Shown here in pieces: positions 11,677-24,972 of a DNA stretch of 64,000 bases. The stretch's first letter is position 1. Every line of letters begins with the position of its first letter. The DNA is from Penicillus capitatus (lineage: Eukaryota; Plantae; Chlorophyta). The position numbers and the translations under genes were made by a program. Under the pieces are notes generated by a model. It made no database searches. It was not told the origin of the DNA and saw nothing but the letters and a program-made list of their open reading frames with translations. The stretch covers positions 496,001 through 560,000 of the forward strand of contig OZ287700.1 in NCBI GenBank assembly GCA_965649825.1, read 5' to 3'.

Positions 11677-13970
11677 ATGCCTGACTATGGAAATCGTCCG
11701 CGACGCCGCGCAGCAATAGAAGCGACGGCACGACTTCATGAACAAGTGGCTGGTGGACGGGCCGTAGCACCCCGTCGACGTGTCGGTCCGTCTCCCGTCG
11801 AACCACAGACCCGTCGCGGCCACTTAGCTGTTGGACCCATCATGCCTTCTCCTCAGCCTCCTGCGTCGCCCGCTGTGCCAGACGTACACCGCGTCGCTCT
11901 CCCACCGGGAGCCGAAGTGCAGAATCGGCCTGTGACGGAAGACGAACACGCCTTGCCACCTGTACCGAATACCGTAAGACCTCGGAAAAGGAAGCCCCGG
12001 GTAAAGATCCGGGTTTAGGTTAAAGTCAACGGATCGCCCGAGTACATGGTGGATAAAAAACTTGGAAAAGGCGGATTTGGACAAGTCTACCTTGGAAAGC
12101 GCATTCTTTCGACGCGAGTGCGCGAAGGCGCCCAGGCAAATCAGGTGTGCATGTGCGTCGCCTTTATCTACTAAGAGTCTTGCCATTCGGCGTATGTTCG
12201 TTCGTAGGTAGCGCTGAAATTGGAGCATAAGACGGGAAAGGGATGTAACTACGGTGCGCCCTTTGAATGGAATGTGTACGGGTACGCATCGCGCGACGTT
12301 TGTTCGTTGGTCGGTTGACGACGGGTCGGTTGATGTGTAGTGCCATCGGCGACAAATGCAAAGGCGTTCCGAAGGTTCATTACAAAGGCAGACAAGAAGA
12401 TTGGTACATCATGGTGCAGACATCATTGCCGCCGCCATCGAGTCTACCGATCGGTCTGATGTGACAGGTGATGGATATTTTGGGACCCAGTCTCTGGGAT
12501 CTCACCACAGAGAACGGCGCCAGTCATCTGAGCGAAGAAATGGTCGCCTGTATCGCTGTCGAAGCCATCAGCATCTTAAAGAGTCTGCACACACTGGGAT
12601 GGATTCACGGCGATGTGAAGCCCGAGAATTTCTTATTGGGCCAACAGGGCACGCCCAAGGAACGCAAACTTTTTCTGGTCGATTTTGGCCTGGCATCCAA
12701 CTACTTGGACGGCGTTGGGCCGAATCATGTGGAATACGATCAGAAACCGGATCTCTTCAGAGGGACGGTGCGGTACGCGAGTGTCCACGCTCATCTGGGA
12801 CGCACAGCGAGTCGCAGAGACGATCTCGAATCGCTGGCGTACACACTGATCTTTCTCCTCAAAGGCAGACTGCCGTGGCAAGGATATCAAGGCGATAACA
12901 AGGGACACCTTGTGTGCAAGAAGAAGATGTCGACGTCTGGAGAACTTCTCTGTCGATTCTCTCCTCCAGCATTTCGTCTCTTCACCGACGCTGTGATCAA
13001 TCTAAAGTACCAGGAAGTGCCGAACTACGATCAGTACGTGAGCTGGTTTCTGCCACTCTGTGGACCGACGCCCTCGCGACCGTTGCTCACATGTACCCGT
13101 ATTGGCTCCAAACGCAGTCGACCTGAAGATCACCAGGAATTCAATGTACAAGAATCGCGAAAAAAGTCTAGACTAGGCACGCCCATTGAACAATGGATCT
13201 CGATCTACAACTACCACAGCACCATGAAACAAAGGTGAGCAGCAATACGTGTGCGATGCCTCTCTGCCGAGTGAGGATGGGATGATGGCAGGTATCACTA
13301 CAACGTGACAGATGGCCGCGTTTCGCAACACATTGCTAAGGGTGTTGAAGATGGATTGCACGTTACGGCTGTGGCATGCTGTCATGGACTCTGGGCACTG
13401 ATCATGGATGCCAGCACTGAATACACCGAACAAGTGTATGTCATTCATCCCGAGTTCCTACCTAAGGATTGGATTCTGGAACGATGGGAAGAAGGTTACT
13501 ACATTACGTCCATGGCTGGTTCCACGGAGGGCACCAGTCTTGTCATCATGTCGAAGAATACCCTGTATTCCCAGCAGTCGTATAAAGTGTCTGATTTTTT
13601 TCCATACAAGTGGATCAGCAAAAAATGGAAGGAAGGATTCTATGTGACCTCCATCACATCGGCCCCAAATAATAATCGCTGGGCAGTGGTGATGTCTCGG
13701 GGTGCGCCGTTTTTGGAACAATGCGTCGAGATTGATTTTCAGTATCCCAGTGAAGGTATCCATTACCGTTGGGATGCTGGATATCGCATTACCTCCTGTG
13801 CCGCAACCAGCGAACAGGTGGCCGTGATTTTGAGCATTCCTTCGAGAAGACCGACAGACGAAACACAAGAGACGCTGCGAACCACACAGTTCCCTAGCGG
13901 TCACGTCAAAGACAAATGGAACAAGAATCTCTACATCGCTGCGGTCGCTTATGGCCGCACGGTCAGCTAA
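11677..13970 (+). CDS. MUT9: MUT9-like / MLK / PPK plant-type casein kinase 1-like kinase
   Basis: [83 protein letters not shown]-specific C-terminal repeats ([32 protein letters not shown], ...YGRTVS*). Confidence 0.93.
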
Positions 13971-14149
13971 TGAGGCAATCAACATCCATCCATCATCAGC
14001 ATCCTCCAAACTGAAACGGCAGCAATGACATCTCTATTTCATTATCCGAAACTGCAAATGGCCATCGAATGTGCTGTGACTCAAAGTTTGGATCTTGAAT
14101 TATGAGAGAACTTCTCGAAAATGTGTTTCTGGGTATGCTGCTGAAAGAA

Positions 14150-14154
14150 TGTAA
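14150..14154 (+). promoter_or_regulatory. Chlorophyte-type poly(A) signal TGTAA (example; also 54623 +, 24883-24887 -, 42122-42126 -, 62234-62238 -)
   Basis: TGTAA lies 0-190 nt downstream of the stops of MUT9-like, XPO7, NDC80, bS1m and the last gene. UGUAA is the established chlorophyte near-upstream element. Confidence 0.5.
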
Positions 14155-14254
14155 GAAACCCATATGATTGTGAGACGACGTGATGGGACGTTCGTTTTTT
14201 AAAAGCCGACTGACTGACTGTTCTGTGAAGTCTGTTGTTCATTGCGTCAACGAT

Positions 14255-17200
14255 ATGCATATCAAAGACGTCACGATTGAAGGATTCAAATCTTACGCTA
14301 AGCGCGTGCACATCGCGAACTTCGATCCGCGGTTCAATGCGATCACGGGCCTCAATGGCTCGGGGAAATCGAACATCCTCGACGCGATCTGTTTCGTCTT
14401 GGGGATCTCGAATCTGAGCCAAGTGATGATGCATTCGATGACGCATGTGTGCGAGACGGAAGGGCGGATGGGAATAGGTTCGCGCAGGCAGTCTATTGGA
14501 TTTGGTCTACAAGAAAGGACAGGCGGGAGTGACCGAAGCGGTCGTCTGTATTACCTTCGACAATCGTGACAAGCAACGGAGTCCCGCTGGATTTGAAGAT
14601 AAGGATGTCATCACCATAACGCGACAGGTGTGAGATCGTATCGAAGATGGATGATGTGACGGGCACTTGAGCGAGTAGATTATCGTGGGTGGACGAAACA
14701 AGTACCGGCTGAATGGACGGCAGGCGACGCCCACACAGATCCATGAATTCTTTCGTGGTATTCAGCTGAACGTCAACAATCCTCACTTTCTAATCATGCA
14801 AGGGAGGATCACTCAAGTGTGATGCTCGTCAGTTGTGCTAAGAGAGGGGTCCAATGCGTCATGCAGGTGCTTAACATGAAACCTGTCGAGATTCTGGCGA
14901 TGCTGGAGGAAGTGGCTGGCACACGTATGTACGAAGAAAAGCGTGTCCGTGCATTTCAGACGTTTGAGAAGAAGACACAGAAGCTGAAGGAGTTTGATGA
15001 GGTCGAGGAAGATGCATGCGTTTCTAAGAGGCATGAGAAATGAGGTGGTGTAGGTCATGGCGGCTGATCTGAAGCCAACACTGCTGCGACTCAGAGAAGA
15101 GCGCCATCATCTGCTCCAGTATGACAAGGCTAGAGAGAATCTGGCATCGCTCGAACGATTCTGCACGGCCTACGACTTTGCTTCTTCGGAAGAGTGATGC
15201 GTCTACCGTGACAGATTCCGTTGATCTTTGAAATCTGGGTGCTCCATAGAAAGCTGATGTCGATGCAGAGTACCGTCGAGGAATTGCAGCAGAGACAGCA
15301 CGAGGTGGATCAGGAAGTGCAGATAACTGAGCGGCAGATCAGGGTCAGAACTCTGCGTACATGCGTTCTGTGGTGAAACGAGGTCTTGTGGATGAACAGG
15401 GGACGGTTGAGAAGATCAAGGAGCTTGAGAAGAAGATGGAGAGGCAGTATGGTCATGTTGTACAGCAACTGCAAAAAGAAACAGAGGAACTGGCCAAAGA
15501 GTCGTGCCCTTGGTTTCTGTCTCTCTTTTCAACTGCTCTTGTGTTTCGTTAGGCTTTCACAAGAGGAAGCAGGTTTTCAGGTCAAACAGCAAGAGCGGTA
15601 TTCTTCGCTTGCAGAGATCCAAGAGGTAGCCAGACCCTACTGTTGCCCTCGATGCATGCACAGAAAGCGGTCGTGTCTGTCAGTTGAAGAAGTCGTTGGA
15701 GAAGTACGCAGATGCGACACTAGAAAAAAGAAAACAGCAGATTCAAGAAACGTATGATGGTGCCCGGTCACACGAGATGGAGTTGGCCTCAGAGATTAAA
15801 GAGCTGGAACGCGAAATTGGACAGTTTCAGGCAGCAGGGAATGGTCCTTCCAGCAAATTTCTGACGGAGAAATTGGAGGCCAATAAGATTCAACAGGTGC
15901 TCGTTACTGAATCGGTGTATGGTTGATGATCATCACTTTGTGTGTTTAGCTAAATCTCCGCTCCAAGATCTCAGAAATGGATGTGACGTGTGCTTCATTG
16001 GAGGCCAAACTGATCGATCTGAGACAACAGGCATTTGAAGGACCGTCTGTTAAAGGGAGAGAACAGCTGCAGGCTGCCGAGCAAGCCATTGCGCAGATCA
16101 CACATCGTCTGGAAGTGTGACATCATACAGTAAAGACTGCTGTTAAGATTGTCTGGATATGACAGGAGCTAGGATTTAACGAGGAGCTCTTTAAGCAGCT
16201 GGAACGTTCCTTTGCCGAAAAACAGAGAACCTTCAGAGAAGCTCACGAAAGCGTCCGACAGATCAGTAGGAATCTGGGAGGTCAGTCCTGTTCTCCACAC
16301 AGAAGGCGTGCGTCCAATCGTGACGATGTGCCTAGATGTGAATGTCACATTTGACGATCCCTACAAGGGATTTGACAGGTCATCCGTAAAAGGCATCATC
16401 GGATCGCTGTTCCGCATAACGACGAACGACGTCGTGACGGCATTGGAAGTTGCTGGCGGTCCAAAACTAAAGCATTTGGTTGTCGATACTACCAAGACAG
16501 CAAATGCCATACTCAAGCATGGAAGAGTGCGGCACAAAGTCACCATCATCCCACTCGACAAGATACGACCGGATGCGATGCACTCGACCACACGATCGAC
16601 AGTGGCCGAGCTCTTTGGTGACAGAGCGGCGCCGGCAATGGACTTCATCGAGTACCGTCCTGAATTTCAAAGAGTCATGGAGTACGCTTTCGGTCGCGTC
16701 TTCATCTGCAAAGTCATCATCCTGTTGATTTGGAAGAGCGATGACAGATGGCGGCGGTGTAGGATAGTGATACGGCTAAAGCGATGGCCTATCATCCCTC
16801 TATTCGGACCAGATGCGTGACGCTGGATGGAAACGATTACAGTCCGTCTGGATTGCTCACGAGTGGGCACAGATCCATCGGTGGGGCATTGCTGCCGTCG
16901 CTTCATGAGCTTGTCCAGGCCAAAGATGCAATGCAGAGATTCAAGGGCGAATGCGACGGCATTCAGGAACAGTTGTCGATGCAAAGCCAGCTGAAGAAAA
17001 AACACGAAGAGTGAGAAGCGAAAGAAGACAAGTGTGACCTGTTGCTTTTCTTTGTCTGCAGACTTTTGCAAGAACGTGAGATTCAGCAGTATTCTGCTGC
17101 GGCGGCTCAGGAGAAGATCCATGAGAGGGAGAGACAGGCAGATCAGTTAGAAAGAGAGCTGGAACATGAGCTGCACAAAGCCAGACATTGCCTGTCAGAT

Positions 17201-18706
17201 TCACAGAGCAGACTGCATCAGCTGAACGAACAACGAGCAGAAGTGGAACAGCAGCTTCAGAATTTTGATGGCAATGAGGCACAGTATATGGAACACATCC
17301 AATCCAAGTGCCAGAAACTGAAAGAGAGCCACGTTCAGGCCGCGTCAAATTTTAAACAGGCCGAACAGGCGATGCAGCAACTCGTTGCTATGCAACGCGA
17401 TGTCTCAGGCGAGCGAACAAAACTGGAAGACGAGATCCAGCTTCTGCAGAGCGGTGTGAAGGAGATAGAAAAAGACGCAGAAACGCAGCAGGCAAAGATC
17501 GAAGAAGCCAGAGAGAAGCTACGCGTCGCAACCGATCGATTGGAACAACATCGAGCCAAGACACAACAGTTTGACGGAAGGCTGAAGCAATTGGATCTCG
17601 AGAAGCAGACACACGAGGAGAGACTCAAGCAACACAACAGCGACAAGCGCAACATCCACGGCAGGTCTTCCATCATCGTCTCGCATTGGGATCTCGACGG
17701 AGATGGGTAGCATCCAGGGAGAGTCGTTTGAGATTGGATGCTGCTCGACTGGAGGCCCATGTGAAGAAGCTCCTCAATGATCACGCATGGATCCGAGAAG
17801 AGCAGCATATGTTTGGTGCCAAAGGGACAGGCTATGACTGGTCTGTCAGGGATCCAAAAGAGGCGATGGCCCAACATCAGCACGCAAAGAACGTTATCAA
17901 GGGTCTAGGCAAACGCATTGACCCATCTGTGAGGTGCTCTAGGGGTGTTCTTATGTGTGACGGTTTGTGGGTCTGTCAGGTGGTCTCGCAGTTTGAGAAT
18001 ACGCAGAATGAGTATCGGCAGCTTCATGCAAAGCACAAACGTGTGGTGAAGGATCGCAAGAATATTGAAGAGGTCGAGTGTGGGGCTACGGTTATGGCAT
18101 CATCGTTTGGCGTTTAGGCGATTTCGGATCTGGATGACAAGAAGGGAGATTCGATCCGGATGATCTGGGAGAAGGTCAACGCAGAATTCGGCTCGATCTT
18201 CGGCACCCTCCTCCCCGGTGCCAGTGCAAAACTGGAACCGCCAGAAGGATGCACCTACTTAGAAGGTGAGGCAGGCCCACATTACCAACCCCCTGCCTCA
18301 ACACCGGTTTTCTCTTTAAGGCTTGGAGGTTAAGGTCTCGTTAGGAGGTGTCTGGAAACACTCTCTGTCGGAACTGAGTGGCGGACAACGTTCTCTATTG
18401 GCACTGTCTCTCATTCTTTCGATTCTTCTCTTCAAACCGGCGCCGATCTACATCCTTGACGAGGTATCATCGTGGTCGGGGTGGACGGAACTATAGAGTG
18501 CGATGCTGCCGCAGGTGGATTCCGCTTTGGATCTGAGTCACACTCAGAACATCGGTCAGATGATTCAGCGATTCTTCCCTCAATCGCAGTTCATCGTCGT
18601 TTCGCTCAAGGAAGGGATGTTTGGCAATGCCAATGTCCTTTTCAAGACGAAATTCGCTGAAGGTGTCTCGTCTGTCAGTCGAACCATCCCCGAACGCACA
18701 AACTGA
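14255..18706 (+). CDS. SMC2: Condensin subunit SMC2
   Basis: [40 protein letters not shown] (Walker A), [17 protein letters not shown], hinge RCVTLDG, signature [12 protein letters not shown] and [13 protein letters not shown]; many short introns. Confidence 0.97.
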
Positions 18707-18818
18707 CTGTGGAACATTGACCTGACTCCACACAACGATGAACAATCCAAGAGTGCTTTCTTAACCGTCCATGTGTGAGATAGCGTGTTTCGTTCGGTCT
18801 TGAACAGCACACCGCATA

Positions 18819-20687
18819 CTAAGGAGCAGCAGTGTAGGATTGAATCTCCTTCAGAAGCCCCTGCGCTTCCTCGGCAAAATTGCTGGGCTTGATGTTGACA
18901 ACATTGTGACGCAGGGTCACCTCGCCCGATGACTGCATCTCCCGCGCTTTGCTCATGATCTTCAATGTCAACGGCCTGAACAGACACTTCTTCAGCTGAC
19001 GCTTGTATCGATCTTCGGATTCTTTTCTGATTTCATCCAAGTCATGAGCAGGCATTCCCAGAAGCTCCTCTGCCTAGAGGCCACACCATCATCGACCCCC
19101 TTCCGATCGCAGAATGACTGGTCGACTTGATCATTGAAGACATTGACCCAAGTGTCTTTGGTGAAGTCTGCCACTTTCATGGAGATAATGTAACGGAGCT
19201 CTGCTGTATCGTAGAGCTTGCCGTCGTATTCGCAGTAGTACTGCCCCTCTTGCTCCACCACTTTTCTGTTGTTCTCTTTGTTGGCCAAGTAGTACATAGA
19301 CTGATCCGAACTGATGTACACGATGGAACCTATCACTCCATTCTCACTCCTGTCACATCAAGGAGATGCCATACAGTGCACGGTGCTGTATGTAGGTTTC
19401 TCCTCCAAACTGGGAACCTCTTCTACATCAACTTCCTTCAAAAATCTCGTCTCGTCCACCAAGGCCCTGCCGAGCAGCAGATGTCACATCACATGGTTGA
19501 GTGAGAAGGGTCGTACCCGGTACGCATGTTTGGCAGTCCATCGCTCAGAGGCGTCAAGCTCTCTGCTTTCCCGACCAGATCATACCAATCCTTCATCTCC
19601 TGCACTTCTGGCAGCTCTGGATGCGGATTGATCTCGGATCGGTTCACGGTCGTCAACGAAATGCCGCTGAAAGACGACACCCGGACATTCGTCACCAGGA
19701 CCACCGTCGATTCCGTGGCATAACTCTGTTCCAACACATTTCCTACTTTCTCTGCCTGTTCACCCCAGACCGTCAGATTCACCGTCTTCAAACTAGACAC
19801 AAAATCACAAGCTTCCGTCGCCGCTCGCTTGAGAGACGAGAGCGTGAGAGTGTGACCTTCGGTCTGTAAGAGTGATATCTCTCCGTACGAGTTCGGAATG
19901 ATCTGTCCTGCGTTTGACGGTACCTGTAGCCGCCACATGTGTGACCACACCCAAGATGTTCACCAGAGTCTACACAAGGCATATCTCGTGATGGCTGCGA
20001 CAGGTGTTGGATGGACGTACGGGACGATCGATGAATTTCGAGAGTTCTGTAAACGGCGTCAATTCCACTTTGACATTCATGAGCGATGTATCTTGATCTG
20101 TCGCCTCTTCCACTTTCGTCCTGACATCACACTTTGAGGTCACACTTTGTAGTGCCGTGTCTACCGTGCGTCGAAATGCAGACAGTATTCAAAATCGACA
20201 GAAGAGTAACGTTTGTTGGCTTTCCGGACGGAAAAGTTGCTAAAGTAGTAGACCTGAGTTCGATTGCATTCCAGAAATCAAAGTGTGAGAATGTGTGACA
20301 TACTTTTCCTTCAACGAGACGTTCATGGTAGTACTCTGCTGACTCTCTCCAAAACGTTCCTTCAATCTGCGTCGCCTGATTGTCGATCAGCAGCGCCGTG
20401 AAAACGGCCGATTCCTCATGCGGCTCCCGTTTGGGCGTAAACTTCCGCAGTTCATAGATTTTGCCGACCTTGACGCGAATCGTCGACGGCGGCTGAAAGG
20501 GACTCAAACCGACGAGAGGACAGAAATCCTTGTCCGACGATACCGGTATCGGCCCAGACCTGCACCAAAGCCAAGCTCGGCACGATAGACGCGACACGTG
20601 ATGCGTGTGGTCGGTGTACAGTGTGATCTTGGCTGCCGAGGCGGAAGAGGGTCGTCCACCAAAGGAAGAACGTCGCTGACTATCCAT
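18819..20687 (-). CDS. RPA1: Replication protein A 70 kDa subunit, short form without N-terminal OB-F
   Basis: DBD-A (IRVKVGK..FTALLID..QIEGTFW), DBD-B (LKTVNLTVWGEQA..VRVSSFSGISL), DBD-C (ELRYIISMKVADFT..WVNVFNDQ..LFRPLTLKIMSK). Confidence 0.9.
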
Positions 20688-21016
20688 CGAACGAACAAAC
20701 GTCGTGGGAAAGAGTGTCTTTGATCAAAGGCGCGCCAGAAAGCTTCAGCGCGTTTCGGATGATGACGACGACAACCGGGACGTCTTTTCGCACGTGCGTC
20801 ATTCGAACGAACGAACGCGCCCAGAGGTCGATGAACAAACAAACACATCATTCACATCCCGTCAAAATCAAACCCATCCATCACATTCCAAAACCGTTTG
20901 TCGTTTTGACAGATAGAGTGAGAAATGATGTGACGTTTGCGTTATACGAACGGAACAACGGGGGCTTATCATGTCGTTCTTAAGATCATTCTTTCATCCA
21001 TGAATGCAAGAGCACG

Positions 21017-21709
21017 TTAGGCGTCATCCTGCTGTCCCGTGATTTTCGACTTCAATTCCTCGACATCTTTGGAGAGTTCCTCACGACTCGACTGTACATC
21101 ACACTTTTATCTCACACAAATGCGAACGCACGTACCTTAAATAGTAGATATCGATAGACAAACCAAGAGGTATAGACGAATCCCACTAACTCCAAGAACT
21201 TTGGCAGCTACGGCATACATCACACAATTGTTCTCACACAAATGCGGTCCGTTAAATGACGGATCGTACCAAGGGAATGGAGTTGACGGCTCCAACGATG
21301 CTCGATGTTACGTAGAGGACGGCAATGGCGCCCACTCCGTACAACGCGATCGATGATTTATTCTCCACCTTGTCCCACTACATGACGATCGATAGGACGC
21401 AATGGGCCATGACTGCCAAGCCCTTGCCTTTTCCGTGAGGTCCTTGACGATGGCGTCGACATCGGGCGTCGTGCTACTATCCTCAGCACGTGTGACGATA
21501 CGCATACGGAGTTTTGTCGGCGCTGACTGCACAAACATACTCCTGTCCTGTGCGACCAGGGCACACGGTTTGAAAGGTGTTACTCGCAGCGCGGTTCGAT
21601 GGAGGGCGTGCGTCGGGGTGATGGCAGGAGATGGCAGCATCGAAGGGCGACGCGGCAGAAACGGGGCGCTGCATTTGGCGACGCGTGTAAAGGAGGGACG
21701 CAAGGCCAT
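21017..21709 (-). CDS. CURT1: CURVATURE THYLAKOID 1 (CAAD-domain) protein, plastid
   Basis: Transit peptide, then DLTEK/WDKVENKSSIALYG..VGAVNSIPL/..PKFLELVGFVYTSWFVYRYLLFK/..REELSKDVEELKSKITG. Confidence 0.9.
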
Positions 21710-21770
21710 TGAGAAACAAAAGGGCAGATCAGGCGAAAGGGAATGGATCCAAAATGACTCGATCGATCGA

Positions 21771-23521
21771 TCACTTTATCAAGGCATCGTCCATGACGGC
21801 CTGCGCAGCACGACGTCCCGATTTCAAGGCACCTAAAATGCCGAACGCACGTACAGGCGTGTAAACGAGAGGAAGAGACGACACCGTCGAAGGTGGCACT
21901 GTCACGATGATCGCCACAGATGTAGATCTTCTCTCCCAGACGCACAGAACGTTCGAAATCGGTCGGTGGGGACTGCTAGCCAAAAAGTGTGAGACTGAAA
22001 GAGTGATCTCGGTCGATGGACCTGATCCGGTTGAGCGTAAGGAATGCGGAAGATCTTGAGGAGCTTCCACGATGCCACATCGAACGGACCAAACCACTCG
22101 CCCATTTGGTGACGCACCGTTCTCTCCAGTGTCTCGTCATCGAGCTCTGGATGCGTGCCAACCGTAGAGACCGAAACCAATGTCTGCTTGAAGAGTTGGA
22201 TCCATGATGTCGTACTCTAGTTTGGGTGTACTTCACGTGGTGGAGCATAGGAAGGAGCGACGGTGGATGGAAAGCAGCAGTTGTTGACGATTCCGTTGCC
22301 ATCTCCGTTAAGGTAGAGCACATTCTCTCCATTCAGCGGTGCCTTGAGAGCACTACTACGGTGTTTGTGCAAGAGGACGAGTGATGTGACGTATGACATG
22401 CCTGAAGTAAAGGCAACAGGTTCCCACGCCTGGCTTCGTCTTGGACGGCGATGCCGACCACAGTCTCGATTCCAAAAGCGTCTCGGCTGCTGGTCCATCT
22501 GTCGCCACCACGACGGCTTTCTTTGCCGAGATTCTGTTTTCTTGTCCCGACAGCGTCACACTTGGCAGTACATGAATGTCGGCGGCGCCATGAACAGCTT
22601 CCACTTGACGATCTACATAGAGTCAATCTCTTGAGCAATGCTTTGTGCATTCCATTTGGCGTCCTTACTGAACTGAAGGGTGTGTGGAGGAAGGCCGCCC
22701 GCCAGTTGTCGCGCAATTTCGCCAATACCCTTCTCTGGCAACGTGTTCTCTCCGTTCGCCAACATCTTCATGACAAACTCGAAGAGTCGGGAACTGACAC
22801 CGAGGTCGTTATCGAAAAAGATGCCTCCGAAAAACGGTCGGAAAAAACGATCGATCATCGCAGATGAAAATCCCAATGTCTACATCACACATTTCATAAA
22901 GAGTGAGATGGAACGAGCCAATGACTCTGAGTCGCTCAAGGACTGCCGTTTCATCGTCTGCAAGGATATCGCCATCAGTCTTGTTCGCAAGCAATAGTCT
23001 CAGCAGACCCACACGTGCTTTGTCTTCGATGGAGCCAATGGGATTGAACACAGAGGCAACTCCAGCAATGGGATGGCGGAAAGGATCGGCAACGCGATAG
23101 AAATTCCCTCGATGCCACACCATAGCGCCATTGTAGAAGGGTTTCAGACGCAAAGCGTCGTAATCCAAAAATCTCTGCGCCTCGGGATAAGCCGTCAGAA
23201 AAATCTGAAAACCATAATCGAGCTGAAAGCCTTCGTACAGATCCGTCTTCACTCGACCACCCACTCTGCAAGACAGAATCCAAGGGATCGGTATGGAGAT
23301 GCCAGAACCGACCGATGGGACGATTCAAAGAGGACAAAGCTCATGGAGCTCCTCTCCAGTAAGGTACGCGCGCACGCAAGTCCTGCCAGGCCACCTCCAA
23401 CGATCACGACATCTGGTTCGTATCCGACATCGTATGCAATCTTTGCTCTCGGGGTGAGGCGGGCCAGACGATGCGAGAGACGAGGAGGCAGCGCGAGTGG
23501 CCGTACGATTCCCGTCTGCAT
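21771..23521 (-). CDS. Plastid FAD-dependent oxidoreductase (amine oxidase / protoporphyrinogen oxidase-like)
   Basis: VVIVGGGLAGLACA Rossmann motif, VGGRVKTD..GFQLDYGFQIFLTAYPEA, FFRPFFGGIFFD, CGDHRDSATFDGALKSGRRAA. ATG 23521 gives a transit-like leader. Confidence 0.88.
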
Positions 23522-23606
23522 GTCGAAATCCCTCGCAAATGGCGCCACATGATGAGACAATTCGTATCCGAAACGCCCGGCGCGACATGCGTTGACACTC
23601 GGCGCA

Positions 23607-24856
23607 ATGACACGCATCGACAGCAGCTCCTCTGCCGTTTCGACGAATCTCAGCCTCTGGGAGAATCTCTTTCGCGATGGCGTCGAGCCTCGCTTCCAGA
23701 TCTTGCGTCGCATTGGACACGGCGCTTTTGGAGAGGTCGGCGTTTTCTGCCCATCCGATGCGCACGTATTCGCGGCGCATTGCAGGTGTTTGAGGCAAAA
23801 GACCTGCTGACGGGCAGTATCGTTGCGCTTAAGAGAATCTACGTTCGTCAGCCACAGCGTGGCATCTCCAAGAGCACGGCAAACGAAGTGGCTGTTCTCC
23901 GACATCTCCACAGTGACCACATCGTCCGTCTCCTCGACGTCCATCGACAAGAACGCTCACCACACGACTGGGCTCCCTTTTCGACGCACTGTCTGTTCAG
24001 AGTGGCTACTTGACTTTGGTCTTCGAGCATTGCAGGACGGATCTCGCGACGATCCTCCGCGAGCGAAGTGGACAACCTCTGGACCCCGCCGTCGCGACAT
24101 CTTATACGAAACAGATCCTGCAGGGTCTCGCTCTTTGTCACTCAAACGGTCGTTTCTGTGTTCTGGATGTCGGCCGATCCTTCGCACCTCCGTGTAGGAA
24201 TTGTCCACCGCGATTTGAAGCCGTCGAACATTCTGCTGGATTCGAATGGCTGCGTGAAAATTGGCGACTTTGGCCAGGCGCGCTTTCTCGATCGGCGAGG
24301 CCAGGCGTAAGTGCGGCGCATGGAGAGCCAGAGAAAACGTGGTCTCTTTGGTCAGGACGACGCCAACGGTCACATCTCGATGGTATCGCGCTCCCGAATT
24401 GCTCTTCGCCTCACGGTGTTACGATGCTACGGTCGACATCTGGGCCCTCGGGGCGATTTACTTTGAGCTTTTGAGTACAGCCGTCACAATTCTATGACGC
24501 ATTGCCTGAAGGACCCCCTATCCTAGCGTGTCGTGCTTTTCTCCCAGGCGAATCCGATCTGGACCAGATTTCGCTCATGATCCAGACGCTCGGGACGATT
24601 GACGAAGAGGACTGGCCAGAAGTCCGCGATCTGCCGGACTACGGGAAGATTCTTTTCGAATCCTGTCAACCTCGTCTGATGCGCTGCATGGTGCCAGATG
24701 CCCATCCACATGCGATTCAGTTCCTGGAGAGCACGCTTCGGTGAGATGCAACCTGCAGCTGCTTTTGATAGAGGCACCCTGCCATTCAGGTACAATCCTG
24801 CCAGGCGGCTGTCTGCCCCGGAATGCCTACGGTTGCCACTCTTCGCTGACATCTGA
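23607..24856 (+). CDS. CDK20: Cyclin-dependent kinase, CDK20/CCRK (LF2)-like
   Basis: [84 protein letters not shown]. Subfamily assignment is inference from these motifs. Confidence 0.75.
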
Positions 24857-24972
24857 CACACAAGCACGCGACGTCTGCAGGATTACAGAAGCTGTTGTTG
24901 CTGCATCTCTTGTTGAGCACGTCTCTTTTGATCAAGAGTGAACAAACGCACATCGTCTGTTTGTGATAGGCA

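Noticed and set aside
11676-11679. CATG serving as start codon on both strands (MUT9-like on +, [16 protein letters not shown].. on -)
   Set aside because: This would leave no promoter space, and I could not find a consistent splice path linking the minus peptide to ORF 10198-11358. Likely coincidence.
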